NCBI GenBank assembly: GCA_964421015.1
Contig: CAYQUS010000006.1
Span: 47,096-100,004 of the forward strand
Reading direction: 5' to 3'
Length of the DNA stretch: 52,909 nt
DNA from: an uncultured Planctomycetia bacterium
Lineage (GTDB): Bacteria > Omnitrophota > Gorgyraeia > Tantalellales > Tantalellaceae
Below the pieces are notes generated by a model. That model ran no database searches, had not been told where the DNA came from, and saw only the letters and a list, made by a program, of their open reading frames with translations. The first letter of the stretch is position 1; every line of letters begins with the position of its first letter. The position numbers and the translations under genes were made by a program. Positions 32,785 to 43,835 of the stretch are shown piece after piece.

Positions 32785-34077
32785 ATGAACGGAGAATTAT
32801 TGTCGGCTCTTGAAAGAATAGAGAGAGAAAAGGGTATAAGCAAGGAGATACTTTTCGAGGCCATAGAAAGCGCGCTTGTAAGCGCCGCCAGAAAGGTCAT
32901 TGACGACCCTTCAATATCCAAAGAGGATATTGCCGTTACCATGAACAAGGAAACCGGCGAGATAACAGTATACGCCGAAGGCGAGGAAGTCGAGAACGAA
33001 AGGTTCGGCCGTATAGCCGCCCAGACCGCTAAACAGGTCATAATACAGAAGATACGCGAAGCTGAAAGGGACGTGATATACGAGAAATACATATCCAAGG
33101 TCGGCTCTATCATAAACGGAGCCGTGCACCGTTTTGAGAAAGGCAATGTCATTATCGAGCTTGATGACGCCGAAGCGGTCCTGCCTAAGAACGGACAGAT
33201 ACCCGGAGAAAGGTTCCGCCAGGGAGAACAGATAAGGGCGTACATACTTGAAGTTTCAAGGTCCGGTTCCGGGCCGGAGATAGTTCTTTCCCGAACCGAC
33301 GAAGGGTTCGTAAAAAGGCTCTTTGGTCTTGAAGTCCCGGAAATCTCACAGGGGATAGTTGAGATAAGGGCTATAGCCAGGGAAGCCGGCGAGAGAACCA
33401 AAATAGCCGTTTATTCCAAGGATGAAAAGGTCGATCCTGTGGGTTCCTGCGTGGGGATGAGAGGGTCCAGGGTGCGCGATATAGTAAAGGAACTTCACGG
33501 GGAAAGGATAGACATAGTCAGATGGTACGACGATATAAGGGATTTTCTGCCTTCGGTAGTGAGCCCAGCCGAAGTATCGCGAATGGTCATAGACCGCGAC
33601 AATAAACGCATAACCATGACCATTCCGAGAGACCAGCTGTCGCTCCTTATAGGGAAGCGCGGCCGTAATATAAGACTCGCGTCGAAACTAATGGGCTGGG
33701 ACCTCCAGGCTGAGGCCGAGAGAGAAAGACTGGGAACGCCCATAGCCGAAGTCGAGGGCGTTACGGCAAAAGCCGCCGAGGCGCTTGTGGAGGCCGGGTA
33801 CATAGATATCGACAAAGTACTGGAGGCCGGGGTTGAGGCTCTTACAGGCATAAAGGGAATAGGAGAAAAAACCGCGGAGAAGATATTCGCTTCCTGCGAG
33901 AAGTTTTATGCCGAGGCGATAGCCGAGATGGACAGGATAAAGAAAGAACTTACGTCGAAACAGGTATCAGAAGAAAATAAAGAGGATATTCTGCCCGTGC
34001 CGGCCGAAAAAGATGAAAAGGAAGAAGCCGGAAGCGACAGTGTTCCGGAAGACGGAACAGGTGAAACCGGGCAATAA
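32785..34077 (+). CDS. nusA: Transcription termination/antitermination factor
   Basis: FGRIAAQTAKQVIIQKIREAER, AREAGERTKIAV, CVGMRGSRV, IGKRGRNIRLASKL, and a C-terminal HhH-like extension (IKGIGEKTAEKI). Confidence 0.97.
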   Translation: MNGELLSALERIEREKGISKEILFEAIESALVSAARKVIDDPSISKEDIAVTMNKETGEITVYAEGEEVENERFGRIAAQTAKQVIIQKIREAERDVIYEKYISKVGSIINGAVHRFEKGNVIIELDDAEAVLPKNGQIPGERFRQGEQIRAYILEVSRSGSGPEIVLSRTDEGFVKRLFGLEVPEISQGIVEIRAIAREAGERTKIAVYSKDEKVDPVGSCVGMRGSRVRDIVKELHGERIDIVRWYDDIRDFLPSVVSPAEVSRMVIDRDNKRITMTIPRDQLSLLIGKRGRNIRLASKLMGWDLQAEAERERLGTPIAEVEGVTAKAAEALVEAGYIDIDKVLEAGVEALTGIKGIGEKTAEKIFASCEKFYAEAIAEMDRIKKELTSKQVSEENKEDILPVPAEKDEKEEAGSDSVPEDGTGETGQ

Positions 34078-34098
34078 CAACAAAAGAGCGGGTGTTGC

Positions 34099-36585
34099 AT
34101 GTCTGTAACGATCAAAAAACTGGCTGAGGACCTTGGTGTAAGTCCGGATGCCATACTTGAGCAGCTTCAGAAAATGTATGTGGAAGCCGAGGACGAGACA
34201 AGCCTTGTGGACGAAAAAATAGTGGGGCTTGTGAGGATAAAACTCGGCATACCGGAGAAAGTGAAGAAAAAACCGGTAAAGAAGAAAAAGAAGCTTGCCG
34301 ACGCTAAACCCGCCGAAAAAAAACTCCCCAAAAAGAAAGAAAAAGAAGAAGAAAGATCCGAAGAAGACAAGACGGCCCACGAGGCTCCGGAAGACGAGAG
34401 ATCGCCAGAGGAAACCAGGGGAGTCAGGAAGTCGGGTCTTACGGTGGTCGGAAAAGTAGAAGCTTTTGCCGAAAAGCAGAAGACAGAAGAAAAACATGGC
34501 GCGGCCGGTAAGGTCACGGCCGAGTCTGCCGGCTCGGCTGCTCAGGCGCCGAAAACCGGAGAAGAAGAGGAAGAAAACGAGGCCAAAAGGAAGAAAAAGG
34601 AGATGATCTCGGCCGATCTTGAAATAGTTGAGAAAGGCGAGAGGAAAAAAGTTTTCATAAAAAAACCCCGTAAAGAGACCAAACGGCCGATCATAGAGAT
34701 AATAGAGAAAGAGACGGCCGAGGTCATGGTCTTCAGGAAGAAGCCTTCCAAGGGCCACAAAAATAAATTTCATTCCGCCGCCGAGCTTACGGCTCAGCCG
34801 GCGCGCAAGGCCAGCCAGAAACTGAAAGTGCAGCTTCCCATAAGCGTAAGGAACCTGGCCCTAAGGATGAACATTAAGCCTACAGATATAGTCAGGTATT
34901 TCGTGGGGAAAGGGGTTTTTGCCAACATAAATCAGGATCTCGAAGAGGAAATGGCCAGGGAGGTAATGGCCAATTTCGGGTACATACTGGAGCTCCACGA
35001 CACCATAGAGTCAATAGAGAAGGATCTCGAGAGGGAATACCAGGAAGACGGTAAAGGTGTCCTTGAGACCAGGGCTCCTGTGGTTACGTTCATGGGGCAT
35101 GTCGATCACGGAAAAACCTCGCTTCTGGATTATATACGCAAGACAATGGTGACAAAAAGCGAGAAGGGCGGGATAACGCAGCATATAGGGGCTTACAAGG
35201 TAAAAACTCCCAAAGGCTCCGTCACTTTTCTGGATACTCCCGGCCACGCGGCTTTTACGGCGATGCGCGCACGCGGAGCTAACGCTACCGACGTCGTAGT
35301 TCTTGTAGTGGCCGCCGACGACGGAGTTATGCCGCAGACCAAAGAGGCAATAGACCACGCCAAGGCTGCGAAAGTGCCGATAGTGGTCGCTATAAATAAG
35401 TGCGATCTTCCCACGGCCAATCCCGACAGGGTCCGTAAGGAGCTTCAGGCCGAGGGCCTGAGTCCTGAGGCCTGGGGAGGCACCACGGTTATGGTCGAGG
35501 TATCGGCTCATACAGGGGAAGGCGTGGACGAACTTGTTGAAATGCTGTCCCTTGAGTCGGAAATGCTGGAACTTAAGGCTAATCCCGGAATAAGGGCGCG
35601 CGGGGTTGTGATAGAAAGTAAAAAAACGGCTGGCCAGGGTGTTGTGGCCACGCTTCTTGTCCAGAACGGCACTTTGAGGCCCGGGGACGTTGTTCTCTGC
35701 GGAGCCTGTTACGGAAGGATCAAGGCCATGATAGATGACAGGGGCGACAAACTTACCGAGGCCTTACCTTCTACCCCGGTCGGGGTTCTGGGGCTTATGG
35801 AGGTCCCGAACGCCGGAGAGGAATTTTTTGTGGTGAAAGACGAGAAAAAGGCCAAGACTTTATCTCTTCTTAAATCAGACGAGACAAGAAAGAAAAGGAT
35901 GTCGGCCGGGCACAGGGTGACGCTCGACGACCTGCATGCCAGGATCATGGAAGGCAGCATAAAGGACCTTAAACTGCTTATAAAGGCTGACGTGCAGGGG
36001 TCCGTAGAGGCCCTTAAGGCCGCCCTTGAGGAGCTTTCCACCGACGAGGTCAAGCTTGATATTATCCACGCCACGGTAGGCAAGATAAACGACTCCGACA
36101 TAATGCTGGCGGTAGTTACCGGCGCGATCATAATCGGTTTTCACGTTAAGGTCGAAAGCGGCGCCGAGGAACTGGCCAAGGAAGAAGGAGTCGATATAAG
36201 GCTATATGACATAATATACGAGGCCGTTGCGGACGTGAAAGCGGCCATGGAAGGGCTTCTTGAGCCTGAAGAAAAAGAGGTGGTCCAGGGTTTCGCCCAG
36301 GTGAGGCAGATATTCGTGGCCAGCAAGATAGGTAAGGTAGCCGGGTGCGCTGTCACAAAAGGAACCATACACCGAAAGGACCGTGTCAGGATTAAACGCG
36401 GCCAGGAAGTGGTCTTTGACGGAGAGATAAACGCCCTTAAAAGGTTCAAGGACGACGTTAAGGACGTTAAAGAGGGTTTTGAGTGCGGAATAACGATAAA
36501 GAATTTCAACGATGTACGTACGGGCGATATTATCGAGGCTTATTCCATAACAAAGATAGCCCGCAGGCTGGAAAGCAGAAAATGA
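34099..36585 (+). CDS. infB: Translation initiation factor IF-2
   Basis: [49 protein letters not shown]. Confidence 0.98.
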   Translation: MSVTIKKLAEDLGVSPDAILEQLQKMYVEAEDETSLVDEKIVGLVRIKLGIPEKVKKKPVKKKKKLADAKPAEKKLPKKKEKEEERSEEDKTAHEAPEDERSPEETRGVRKSGLTVVGKVEAFAEKQKTEEKHGAAGKVTAESAGSAAQAPKTGEEEEENEAKRKKKEMISADLEIVEKGERKKVFIKKPRKETKRPIIEIIEKETAEVMVFRKKPSKGHKNKFHSAAELTAQPARKASQKLKVQLPISVRNLALRMNIKPTDIVRYFVGKGVFANINQDLEEEMAREVMANFGYILELHDTIESIEKDLEREYQEDGKGVLETRAPVVTFMGHVDHGKTSLLDYIRKTMVTKSEKGGITQHIGAYKVKTPKGSVTFLDTPGHAAFTAMRARGANATDVVVLVVAADDGVMPQTKEAIDHAKAAKVPIVVAINKCDLPTANPDRVRKELQAEGLSPEAWGGTTVMVEVSAHTGEGVDELVEMLSLESEMLELKANPGIRARGVVIESKKTAGQGVVATLLVQNGTLRPGDVVLCGACYGRIKAMIDDRGDKLTEALPSTPVGVLGLMEVPNAGEEFFVVKDEKKAKTLSLLKSDETRKKRMSAGHRVTLDDLHARIMEGSIKDLKLLIKADVQGSVEALKAALEELSTDEVKLDIIHATVGKINDSDIMLAVVTGAIIIGFHVKVESGAEELAKEEGVDIRLYDIIYEAVADVKAAMEGLLEPEEKEVVQGFAQVRQIFVASKIGKVAGCAVTKGTIHRKDRVRIKRGQEVVFDGEINALKRFKDDVKDVKEGFECGITIKNFNDVRTGDIIEAYSITKIARRLESRK

Positions 36586-37577
36586 CGAAAAAAGGCAATA
36601 TACTCAGCGGCATGAGGCCCACCGGGAAGCTCCACCTGGGGCATTTGGTGGGGGCTATCTCCAGCTGGTCTAAACTGCAGGATGAATACAACTGTTATTT
36701 CATGGTGGCCGACTGGCATGCCCTGATGAGCGAGTACGAGAAACCTTCGGATATAAAAACGAACGGCATAGAAATAGTCAAGGACTGGATATCCTCCGGC
36801 ATAGATCCCGACAAATGCGCCATATTCATACAAAGCATGGTCCCTGAGCACCTGGAACTTGCGATGGTGTTCTCTCTGCTTACTCCTCTGGGGTGGCTTG
36901 AGAGATGCACTACCTACAAGGAACAGCTCAGGGAACTTGAAGGCAGAATGCTCGCTACCTACGGGTTTCTCGGGTATCCTGTTCTTCAGGCCGCGGACAT
37001 AGCTCTTTACACCGCCAATAAGGTTCCTGTCGGCGTGGACCAGCTGCCGCATCTTGAGCTTACAAGGGAAATAGTAAGAAGGTTCAACTCCCTGTACAAA
37101 AAAGATATTTTCCCGGAGCCGGAGCCTGTTCTTACGGAGGTGCCGAAACTTGTGGGACTCGACAATCGGAAGATGTCCAAGAGTTACGGGAACTTTATAT
37201 CGATATCCGATACGGAAGATGTTCTCCGCAAAAAAGTGTTCAGTATGTTCACCGACCCTAACAGGATAAGCCCTGATGTTCCGGGGAATGTCGAAGGCAA
37301 CCCGGTTTTCGTGTATCACGACATATTTAACCCCGACAGGGATGAGGTAGAGGATCTTAAAGAAAGGTACCGCGCGGGTAAGGTGGGAGATGTCGAGGTA
37401 AAACAGAAGCTTTTCTCGGCGCTTAACGCCAGGCTCGAACCTATACGAAAGAAAAGAGCCGCTCTTTCCGATGAGCAGGTTTTTGATATCTTGAAGAAAG
37501 GCCGGGAAAGAGCAAGGGAAAAGGCTTCTAAAACAATGGCCAAGGTGAAAAAATGCCTTCACCAGATGGCTGAATAG
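36582..37577 (+). CDS. trpS: Tryptophan--tRNA ligase
   Basis: SGMRPTGKLHLGH, GYPVLQAADI, VPVGVDQLPH, KMSKS. ATG at 36582 overlaps the infB TGA (ATGA). Confidence 0.97.
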   Translation: MTKKGNILSGMRPTGKLHLGHLVGAISSWSKLQDEYNCYFMVADWHALMSEYEKPSDIKTNGIEIVKDWISSGIDPDKCAIFIQSMVPEHLELAMVFSLLTPLGWLERCTTYKEQLRELEGRMLATYGFLGYPVLQAADIALYTANKVPVGVDQLPHLELTREIVRRFNSLYKKDIFPEPEPVLTEVPKLVGLDNRKMSKSYGNFISISDTEDVLRKKVFSMFTDPNRISPDVPGNVEGNPVFVYHDIFNPDRDEVEDLKERYRAGKVGDVEVKQKLFSALNARLEPIRKKRAALSDEQVFDILKKGRERAREKASKTMAKVKKCLHQMAE

Positions 37578-37606
37578 CCCAAAGACAGTTTCTGGCGCGA
37601 CAAAAA

Positions 37607-38368
37607 ATGACTTACAAAATAAAACTTGATTTTTTCCAAGGGCCGCTGGACCTTCTTCTTTTCCTTATAAAAAGGGACAAGATAGACATATACGATATTC
37701 CCATAGCCGATATAACCAGGCAGTACATAGAGTATATAGAGCTCATGAAACTTCTTGATCTTGAGGTGGCAGGGGAGTTTCTCGTGATGGCTGCTACCCT
37801 TATGCACATAAAGAGCAAGATGATGCTGCCTGAGGATCCTGAGGCCGATCCCGAGGAAGCAGAGGCCGACCCCAGGGAAGAACTTGTAAAAAGGCTTCTT
37901 GAATATAAGAAGTTCAAGGATGCCGCCGAACAGCTCAGCCTGATGCACGAGAGGCATCGCGGAATGTTCATGAGGGAAGGCGAGGGCGGAAAAGCGCTTG
38001 TCATGTCGCAGGACGGAGAGAATTTTTTCGAGGCCAGCCTTTTCGATCTTATCAACGCTTTCCGGAAAGTGCTTAAAGACGCTCCCCGCGAGACTTTTCA
38101 CAAGGTCATAAGGAACCAGTTCACCGTAAGCGACAAGATACACGAGATATATCACCTATTGGCCGAAAAGCCGAGGATGCTTTTTTCGGATCTTTTCAGG
38201 AAAGCCTCGGGCAAGGACGAGATAATAGCCACTTTTCTGGCTGTTCTGGAGCTTATGAAAATGAGGGAGATACTGGCCGTGCAGAGCGACCTGTTCGGTG
38301 AGATAGAGGTAATCAGGAACCCTGATGTCGCAAGGGAGAACACTGTGGAAACGCGGGAAAAAGAATAA
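37607..38368 (+). CDS. scpA: Segregation and condensation protein A
   Basis: FQGPLDLLLFLIKR, GEFLVMAATLMHIKSKMMLP, TFLAVLELMK. Confidence 0.95.
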   Translation: MTYKIKLDFFQGPLDLLLFLIKRDKIDIYDIPIADITRQYIEYIELMKLLDLEVAGEFLVMAATLMHIKSKMMLPEDPEADPEEAEADPREELVKRLLEYKKFKDAAEQLSLMHERHRGMFMREGEGGKALVMSQDGENFFEASLFDLINAFRKVLKDAPRETFHKVIRNQFTVSDKIHEIYHLLAEKPRMLFSDLFRKASGKDEIIATFLAVLELMKMREILAVQSDLFGEIEVIRNPDVARENTVETREKE

Positions 38369-38369
38369 T

Positions 38370-39044
38370 ATGGAAAAAGTGAAGAGAATAGTGGAGGCGC
38401 TTCTTGTAATATCCGAAGCGGGCCTTACCAGACAGCAGCTTTACGGGGCAATAGAGGATTTTTCTCCTAATGAAGTAGACGGGGCCATAAAGAGCCTTAA
38501 GGAAGAATATGATCTTCCGGAAAGGTCATTCAGCATGGCAGAGATAGCGGGAAGATACAGGATAGTAAGCAAGCCCGAATACCTGCCCTGGATAAACAAC
38601 CTTTACCGCAAGGATGTAGACAGGCTTACGGGACCGTCTCTGGAGACACTGGCCATAATAGCTTACAAGCAGCCGGCTACAAGGGCGGAAATAGAGGCTA
38701 TAAGAGGTGTTAACGTGGGAGGGGTCATAAAAACGCTGGTTGAAAAGGAGCTTATAGCCATAAAAGGCAGAAAAGACGTTGTGGGCCGGCCTCTCATGTA
38801 CGCCACAACGCAGAAGTTCCTTGAGATCTTCGGGCTTAATTCTTTAGAGGATCTTCCTCTTCTTAAGGATTTCACGGAAGAAGACCTTGAGTACGGGAAG
38901 AGCCGGCTTGTTACCGAGAATACCGAGGCTCAAGGAGAAGCTCCGTCCGCTGATCCAGAAGAGGCTCCTGCTGCTGATCCAGAAGAGGCTATAAAAACTA
39001 CCGGAGGGGAAACCCATGACAGTCAGGAAGATAAACAATCTTAG
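38370..39044 (+). CDS. scpB: Segregation and condensation protein B
   Basis: SLETLAIIAYKQPATRAEIEAIRGV, GRPLMYATTQKFLEIFGLNSLEDLP. ATG at 38370 follows the scpA stop. Confidence 0.95.
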   Translation: MEKVKRIVEALLVISEAGLTRQQLYGAIEDFSPNEVDGAIKSLKEEYDLPERSFSMAEIAGRYRIVSKPEYLPWINNLYRKDVDRLTGPSLETLAIIAYKQPATRAEIEAIRGVNVGGVIKTLVEKELIAIKGRKDVVGRPLMYATTQKFLEIFGLNSLEDLPLLKDFTEEDLEYGKSRLVTENTEAQGEAPSADPEEAPAADPEEAIKTTGGETHDSQEDKQS

Positions 39045-40089
39045 AAAAGAGATCGACAAGATAGATTCCGATCTGGTAAGGCTCATAAATAAACGGGGCG
39101 AACTGACCGGACGAATAGGCCACATAAAGAACACTAATTCCCAGCACGTATACAGGCCGGACAGGGAAAGCCAGGTATATTCCAGGGTTTCCCGAGAGAA
39201 TAGGGGGCCCATCAAGGACGAGAGCATTAAGGCCATTTACAGGGAGATAATGTCGGGATGCCTGTCCCTGGAAAGGCCTTTTAAAGTGGCGTATCTCGGG
39301 CCTGAACTTACTTTTACGCATCAGGCCGCTCTGAAAAAGTTCGGCTCCAGTCTTGAATACATGCCCTGTGACAGTATTTCGGGGGTTTTTGCCGAAGTTG
39401 AGAAAGGCAACGCGGATTACGGCGTTGTGCCTATAGAGAATTCCACGGAAGGGGCGGTCAATCATACTCTTGATATGTTCACCGATTCGCCGCTGATGAT
39501 ATGTTCGGAAATATATCTGGATATACACCAGAACCTTTTGGCCGTTTCACGCAAGGCCGGGAATATAAAAAGAGTTTATTCACACCCCAGTGTTTTCGGG
39601 CAGTGCAGGATATGGCTCGAAAAAAATCTGCCCGATGCCAGGCTCGAGGAAACGGCTTCTACGGCCAAGGCCGCGGAAGAAGCCTCAAAGAAGGCCAATT
39701 CGGCATGTATAGCCAGCGAGCTTGCCGCCGGGAGATATGGGCTTGAGATAGTGGCCAGGTCCATACAGGACTCGTCGGTCAATATAACAAGATTTCTTGT
39801 TATCGGCAGGCACACTTCAGGCGTTTCAGGAGAGGACAAGACATCTATCCTTTTTTCGGTGCCTGATAAACCCGGCATACTTCACGAAATGCTCGGCGCG
39901 TTCCGGAAAAGGAACATAAACCTCACAAAGATAGAGTCGAGGCCCTCTAAAAAAGGACTGTGGAAATACTATTTTTTTGTGGATATGGAAGGCCACAGCA
40001 AAACGCCTAAAGTTAGAGAGGCCCTGAAAGAAATAGAAAAAAAAGCTTCTTTTGTTAAGATACTTGGTTCGTATCCTTCTGGTCTTTAA
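39016..40089 (+). CDS. pheA: Bifunctional chorismate mutase / prephenate dehydratase
   Basis: N-terminal LRKEIDKID (CM), VAYLGPELTFT, GVVPIENSTEG, NITRF, LTKIESRP (ACT). Confidence 0.96.
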   Translation: MTVRKINNLRKEIDKIDSDLVRLINKRGELTGRIGHIKNTNSQHVYRPDRESQVYSRVSRENRGPIKDESIKAIYREIMSGCLSLERPFKVAYLGPELTFTHQAALKKFGSSLEYMPCDSISGVFAEVEKGNADYGVVPIENSTEGAVNHTLDMFTDSPLMICSEIYLDIHQNLLAVSRKAGNIKRVYSHPSVFGQCRIWLEKNLPDARLEETASTAKAAEEASKKANSACIASELAAGRYGLEIVARSIQDSSVNITRFLVIGRHTSGVSGEDKTSILFSVPDKPGILHEMLGAFRKRNINLTKIESRPSKKGLWKYYFFVDMEGHSKTPKVREALKEIEKKASFVKILGSYPSGL

Positions 40090-40125
40090 GCAGATCTTAA
40101 CAGCGCCACAGGAAGAGAGGAACAC

Positions 40126-41235
40126 ATGAGCGCTTTATGGAAGAAAGTTCTGGATAAGATAACCCCCTATCAGCCCGGAAAACCCATAGACGAAGTTAAG
40201 CGAGAGCTTGGTCTTAAGCGGGTTTACAAGCTCGCTTCCAATGAGAATCCGTACGGCCCTTCCGATAAGGTCCTGAAGGCAATGGCGGAAGCCGCGCGCG
40301 AAGTGAATAGATACCCTGACGGCGGATGTTTCGGTCTCAGAAAAGCTCTCGGCGAGAAGCTTGGAGTGTCGGGAGACAGAATAGTACTGGGGAATGGATC
40401 CGATGAACTTATAGTTCTCGCCCTCAAGGCTTTTGTGGAGCCTGGCGACAGGGTTATACTGTCGCATCCCACTTTTCTCGTGTACAGGATAGCTTCCGAG
40501 ATAGCCGAAGCCGAGGTGGTAACGGTTCCCACTAAAAGGGATTTTAAGTATGATCTCGAGGGGATGCTTTCCCGGATAAACGATAGGACCAGGATGATAT
40601 TCATAGCTAATCCTGAGAACCCCACAGGCCGATACATAACCGACAGCGAACTTAATGATTTTATAGCCAGGGTGCCTTCCAGCGTGGTGGTGTTCATAGA
40701 CGAGGCCTATTACGAGTTCGCTATGGGAGATGATTTTCCGGAGAGCCTTGCCATGACGGAAAGACAGGACAGGAACGTGATAGTTTCCAGGACCTTCTCT
40801 AAGGTATATGGTCTTGCGGGGCTTAGGCTCGGGTACACGGTGGCGAGAAAAGATATTTCGGAGGCACTCAACAAAGTGCGAGAACCTTTTAACGTTAATT
40901 CCATAGCCCAGGCGGCCGCCGTGGCCGCGCTCAGCGACACCGAAGCTTTCACGCGGGCGGTGGAGCTTGTCAGAAAGGAAAGAGAGAAAATACGAGCGGC
41001 CCTTGAAAAGATGGATGTTGAACTTGTGCCTTCCCGTACGAATTTCATACTCATAAACACAAAAAGGTCGTCGAGTAAAATTTTCAGGTTTCTCCTGGAG
41101 AGAGGGATAATCGTGAGGGACATGACATCGTGGTCTCTTGACGGTTTTATAAGGGTCAGCGTGGGCCTTCCCGAGGAGAACGACGCTTTTATAAAGGAAT
41201 TCGAAAATGCTTTGGAATCCACAGGCCGGTCTTGA
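40126..41235 (+). CDS. hisC: Histidinol-phosphate aminotransferase family (PLP)
   Basis: KLASNENPYGP, GNGSDELI, ANPENPTG, DEAYYEF, RTFSKVYGLAGLRLGY. Confidence 0.93.
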   Translation: MSALWKKVLDKITPYQPGKPIDEVKRELGLKRVYKLASNENPYGPSDKVLKAMAEAAREVNRYPDGGCFGLRKALGEKLGVSGDRIVLGNGSDELIVLALKAFVEPGDRVILSHPTFLVYRIASEIAEAEVVTVPTKRDFKYDLEGMLSRINDRTRMIFIANPENPTGRYITDSELNDFIARVPSSVVVFIDEAYYEFAMGDDFPESLAMTERQDRNVIVSRTFSKVYGLAGLRLGYTVARKDISEALNKVREPFNVNSIAQAAAVAALSDTEAFTRAVELVRKEREKIRAALEKMDVELVPSRTNFILINTKRSSSKIFRFLLERGIIVRDMTSWSLDGFIRVSVGLPEENDAFIKEFENALESTGRS

Positions 41236-41250
41236 CCGGCAAGGGAGAGT

Positions 41251-42273
41251 GTGGAAATGATAATAGTCCTTAAACCTGGCGCTTCAAACTCCGAAATAAG
41301 CCATATAACCGGCAAGATAGAGGAACTTGGTCTTAAACCCTGGGTTTCAGCGGGAGTTGAACGGACGATAATAGGTGTTATAGGCGAGGAGGATGTTCTC
41401 AGGGCGGTTCCTCTGGAAGGTTTCCCCGGGGTGGAAAGGGTGTTGCACATCCTTAAACCATACAAACTTGCTTCGCTGGACTACAAAAAAGAGCCGAGCG
41501 TATTCGATGTCGGAATGGGGATATCGGTGGGCGGGAAAAAGATAGCGGTAATGGCAGGTCCATGCTCCGTGGAATCCAGGGAGATGATACTTTCAATAGC
41601 CGACGATGTAAAAAAAGCCGGTTCGTCAATACTAAGGGGCGGAGCCTTTAAGCCGAGGACCTCGCCTTACAGTTTTCAGGGGCTGGGTGAAGACGGGCTT
41701 AAGTTCCTTGCCGAAGCCCGTGATAAGACGGGTATGCCGGTTGTAACCGAGCTAATGGACTTAAGGAATATAGACATGTTCCTCAAGTACGTTGATATTA
41801 TACAGATAGGCGCGCGTAACATGCAGAATTATGACCTTTTGAAAGAAGTAGGCAGGACCCGTAAGCCTGTTCTATTAAAGAGGGGTATGGCCAATACCAT
41901 AAAAGAGTTTCTAATGAGCGCCGAATACATACTTTCCGGCGGTAACGAGAAAGTGATATTGTGCGAAAGGGGAATAAGGACTTTCGAGGATTTTACCCGG
42001 TTCACTCTGGACTTAAACGCCGTGCCGGCCCTTAAGAGCCTTAGTCATCTGCCCGTTATAGTCGATCCTTCTCACGGCACAGGTAAAAGGGAGCTTGTAA
42101 AGGCAATGTCGCTTGCGGCTGTAGCTTCCGGGGCCGACGGTCTTATGATAGAAGTGCACAACGATCCTGAATCGGCTTTGTCGGACGGAGATCAGTCGCT
42201 TGTACCATCCGGGTTCAGGGAACTTATGGGCGCCGTGGCGCTTGTAGCCTCATCGGTAGGTAGAGAGGTCTAG
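41251..42273 (+). CDS. aroF: DAHP synthase, type I-beta with N-terminal regulatory domain
   Basis: [54 protein letters not shown]. Confidence 0.95.
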   Translation: MEMIIVLKPGASNSEISHITGKIEELGLKPWVSAGVERTIIGVIGEEDVLRAVPLEGFPGVERVLHILKPYKLASLDYKKEPSVFDVGMGISVGGKKIAVMAGPCSVESREMILSIADDVKKAGSSILRGGAFKPRTSPYSFQGLGEDGLKFLAEARDKTGMPVVTELMDLRNIDMFLKYVDIIQIGARNMQNYDLLKEVGRTRKPVLLKRGMANTIKEFLMSAEYILSGGNEKVILCERGIRTFEDFTRFTLDLNAVPALKSLSHLPVIVDPSHGTGKRELVKAMSLAAVASGADGLMIEVHNDPESALSDGDQSLVPSGFRELMGAVALVASSVGREV

Positions 42274-42304
42274 TTTAAAAGCTTATCTTTATGCGAGGAC
42301 AGCA

Positions 42305-43150
42305 ATGAAGTACCGTAAAGTTGTCATAATAGGCACGGGCCTTATAGGCGGGTCCGCCGGCAAGGCCCTTATCGCGCGCGGACTGGCGAAGGAAGTTGTG
42401 GGAATCTGCCGGAGGGAATCCTCGGCTGAAAGGGCTCTTAAAGAGAAAGCTGTAACTTCGGCGGTTGTCGGCGGGTATGATTCAAACTGCCGTGAGGCTG
42501 ATATAGTTCTTGTGGCTACCCCGGTTAACGCCATAATACCGGCTCTTGAGAAACTGGCGGACTGCGATATGGGGGCCGATACGGCCGTAACCGACGCCGG
42601 CAGCACTAAAGGGGATATAGTCTTACACGCCTCCAAGCTGGAAGGTAAACTGAGGTTCGTGGGGTCGCATCCCATGGCGGGTTCTGAAAAGTCGGGAGTT
42701 GAAAATTCGTCAGCCAGTTTGTTCGAAGGGTCCGTGTGTCTTTTAACGCCTGACGCTTCGACAAAACCGGAAGTAAAAAAGAAAATATCCGATTTCTGGA
42801 TAGCATTGGGCGCCGAGGTCAGGGAGATGTCCCCCGGGGACCATGACAGGGGCGTAGCTTTTTCAAGTCATCTTCCGCATGCCGCGGCGTACGCTCTTGC
42901 CGGCACGCTTGAGGAAAAACTTCCCAGGTACCTTTTTGCCGGAGGGTTCAGGGATACCACGCGCGTGGCGTCTTCGGACGCGGCCTTGTGGTCCGAGATA
43001 TTTGACAGTAACCGGGGAAACGTGCTTAAGGCTATCGAAAAATACCGGGAAAAGCTTGGCGTGATAGAGGAAGAAATAAGATCCGGCAGGAAAAAGGACC
43101 TTTTAGAGAGGCTCGAACGGTGGAGAAAACTGCGCGATGAGATTGTTTAA
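42305..43150 (+). CDS. tyrA: Prephenate/arogenate dehydrogenase
   Basis: IGTGLIGGS, TDAGSTKG, GSHPMAGSE, SHLPH, GGFRDTTRVA. Confidence 0.94.
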   Translation: MKYRKVVIIGTGLIGGSAGKALIARGLAKEVVGICRRESSAERALKEKAVTSAVVGGYDSNCREADIVLVATPVNAIIPALEKLADCDMGADTAVTDAGSTKGDIVLHASKLEGKLRFVGSHPMAGSEKSGVENSSASLFEGSVCLLTPDASTKPEVKKKISDFWIALGAEVREMSPGDHDRGVAFSSHLPHAAAYALAGTLEEKLPRYLFAGGFRDTTRVASSDAALWSEIFDSNRGNVLKAIEKYREKLGVIEEEIRSGRKKDLLERLERWRKLRDEIV

Positions 43151-43835
43151 CAGGAAAATAAACGCTGTCGCGATAGACGGTCCGGCGGGAAGCGGTAAGA
43201 GCACCGTGGCAAGGCTTGTTGCCGCCAAGCTGGGTTACAGGCACATAGACACGGGTGCCATGTACAGGGCGCTTACGCTAAAAATGATGAAGCTTGGGGT
43301 GGATCTTTCCAGGGAAGAAGACATAGTGGCCGCCATGGACGGGGTCAATATCGACATATTCCCATCGGCCGGGAAAGATGGGGGTCTTACCGTGACGCTT
43401 GATGGTGAGGACGTAAGTGCTGCCATAAGGGCCATGGATGTTACCGCGAACGTTAAGCATGTATGCAAGATACCGGCTGTGAGGGAAAAACTTGTGGCGA
43501 TGCAGCGAAAAATGGCGGTTTCCTCAGGCGGCTCGGTAATGGAAGGCAGGGATATAGGTACCGTGGTGCTTAGGGACGCGCGGTACAAGTTCTACCTTGA
43601 CGCGGCTTTTGAAAAAAGAGTTGAACGCAGGTTCATGGAGCTTAAGGCCAAAGGCGACAATGTAACCCGTGAGTGCGTAGCGGAGGACCTGCGGCAGAGA
43701 GATCATACCGATAAGACCAGAAAAGTCGGCCCCCTTAAAATGGCGGACGACGCAGTTCTTGTAGATACTACGGACCTGGGGGTAGACGAGGTTGTGGAGA
43801 TAATAAGCAAGGCCGTGAGGCGGGGTTTAAAATGA
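43137..43835 (+). CDS. cmk: Cytidylate kinase
   Basis: AIDGPAGSGKST, DTGAMYRA, MEGRDIGTVV. Confidence 0.96.
   Translation: MRLFNRKINAVAIDGPAGSGKSTVARLVAAKLGYRHIDTGAMYRALTLKMMKLGVDLSREEDIVAAMDGVNIDIFPSAGKDGGLTVTLDGEDVSAAIRAMDVTANVKHVCKIPAVREKLVAMQRKMAVSSGGSVMEGRDIGTVVLRDARYKFYLDAAFEKRVERRFMELKAKGDNVTRECVAEDLRQRDHTDKTRKVGPLKMADDAVLVDTTDLGVDEVVEIISKAVRRGLK

Noticed and set aside
34160-34700. Lys/Glu-rich low-complexity stretch in infB
   Set aside because: Normal variable N-terminal region of IF-2.
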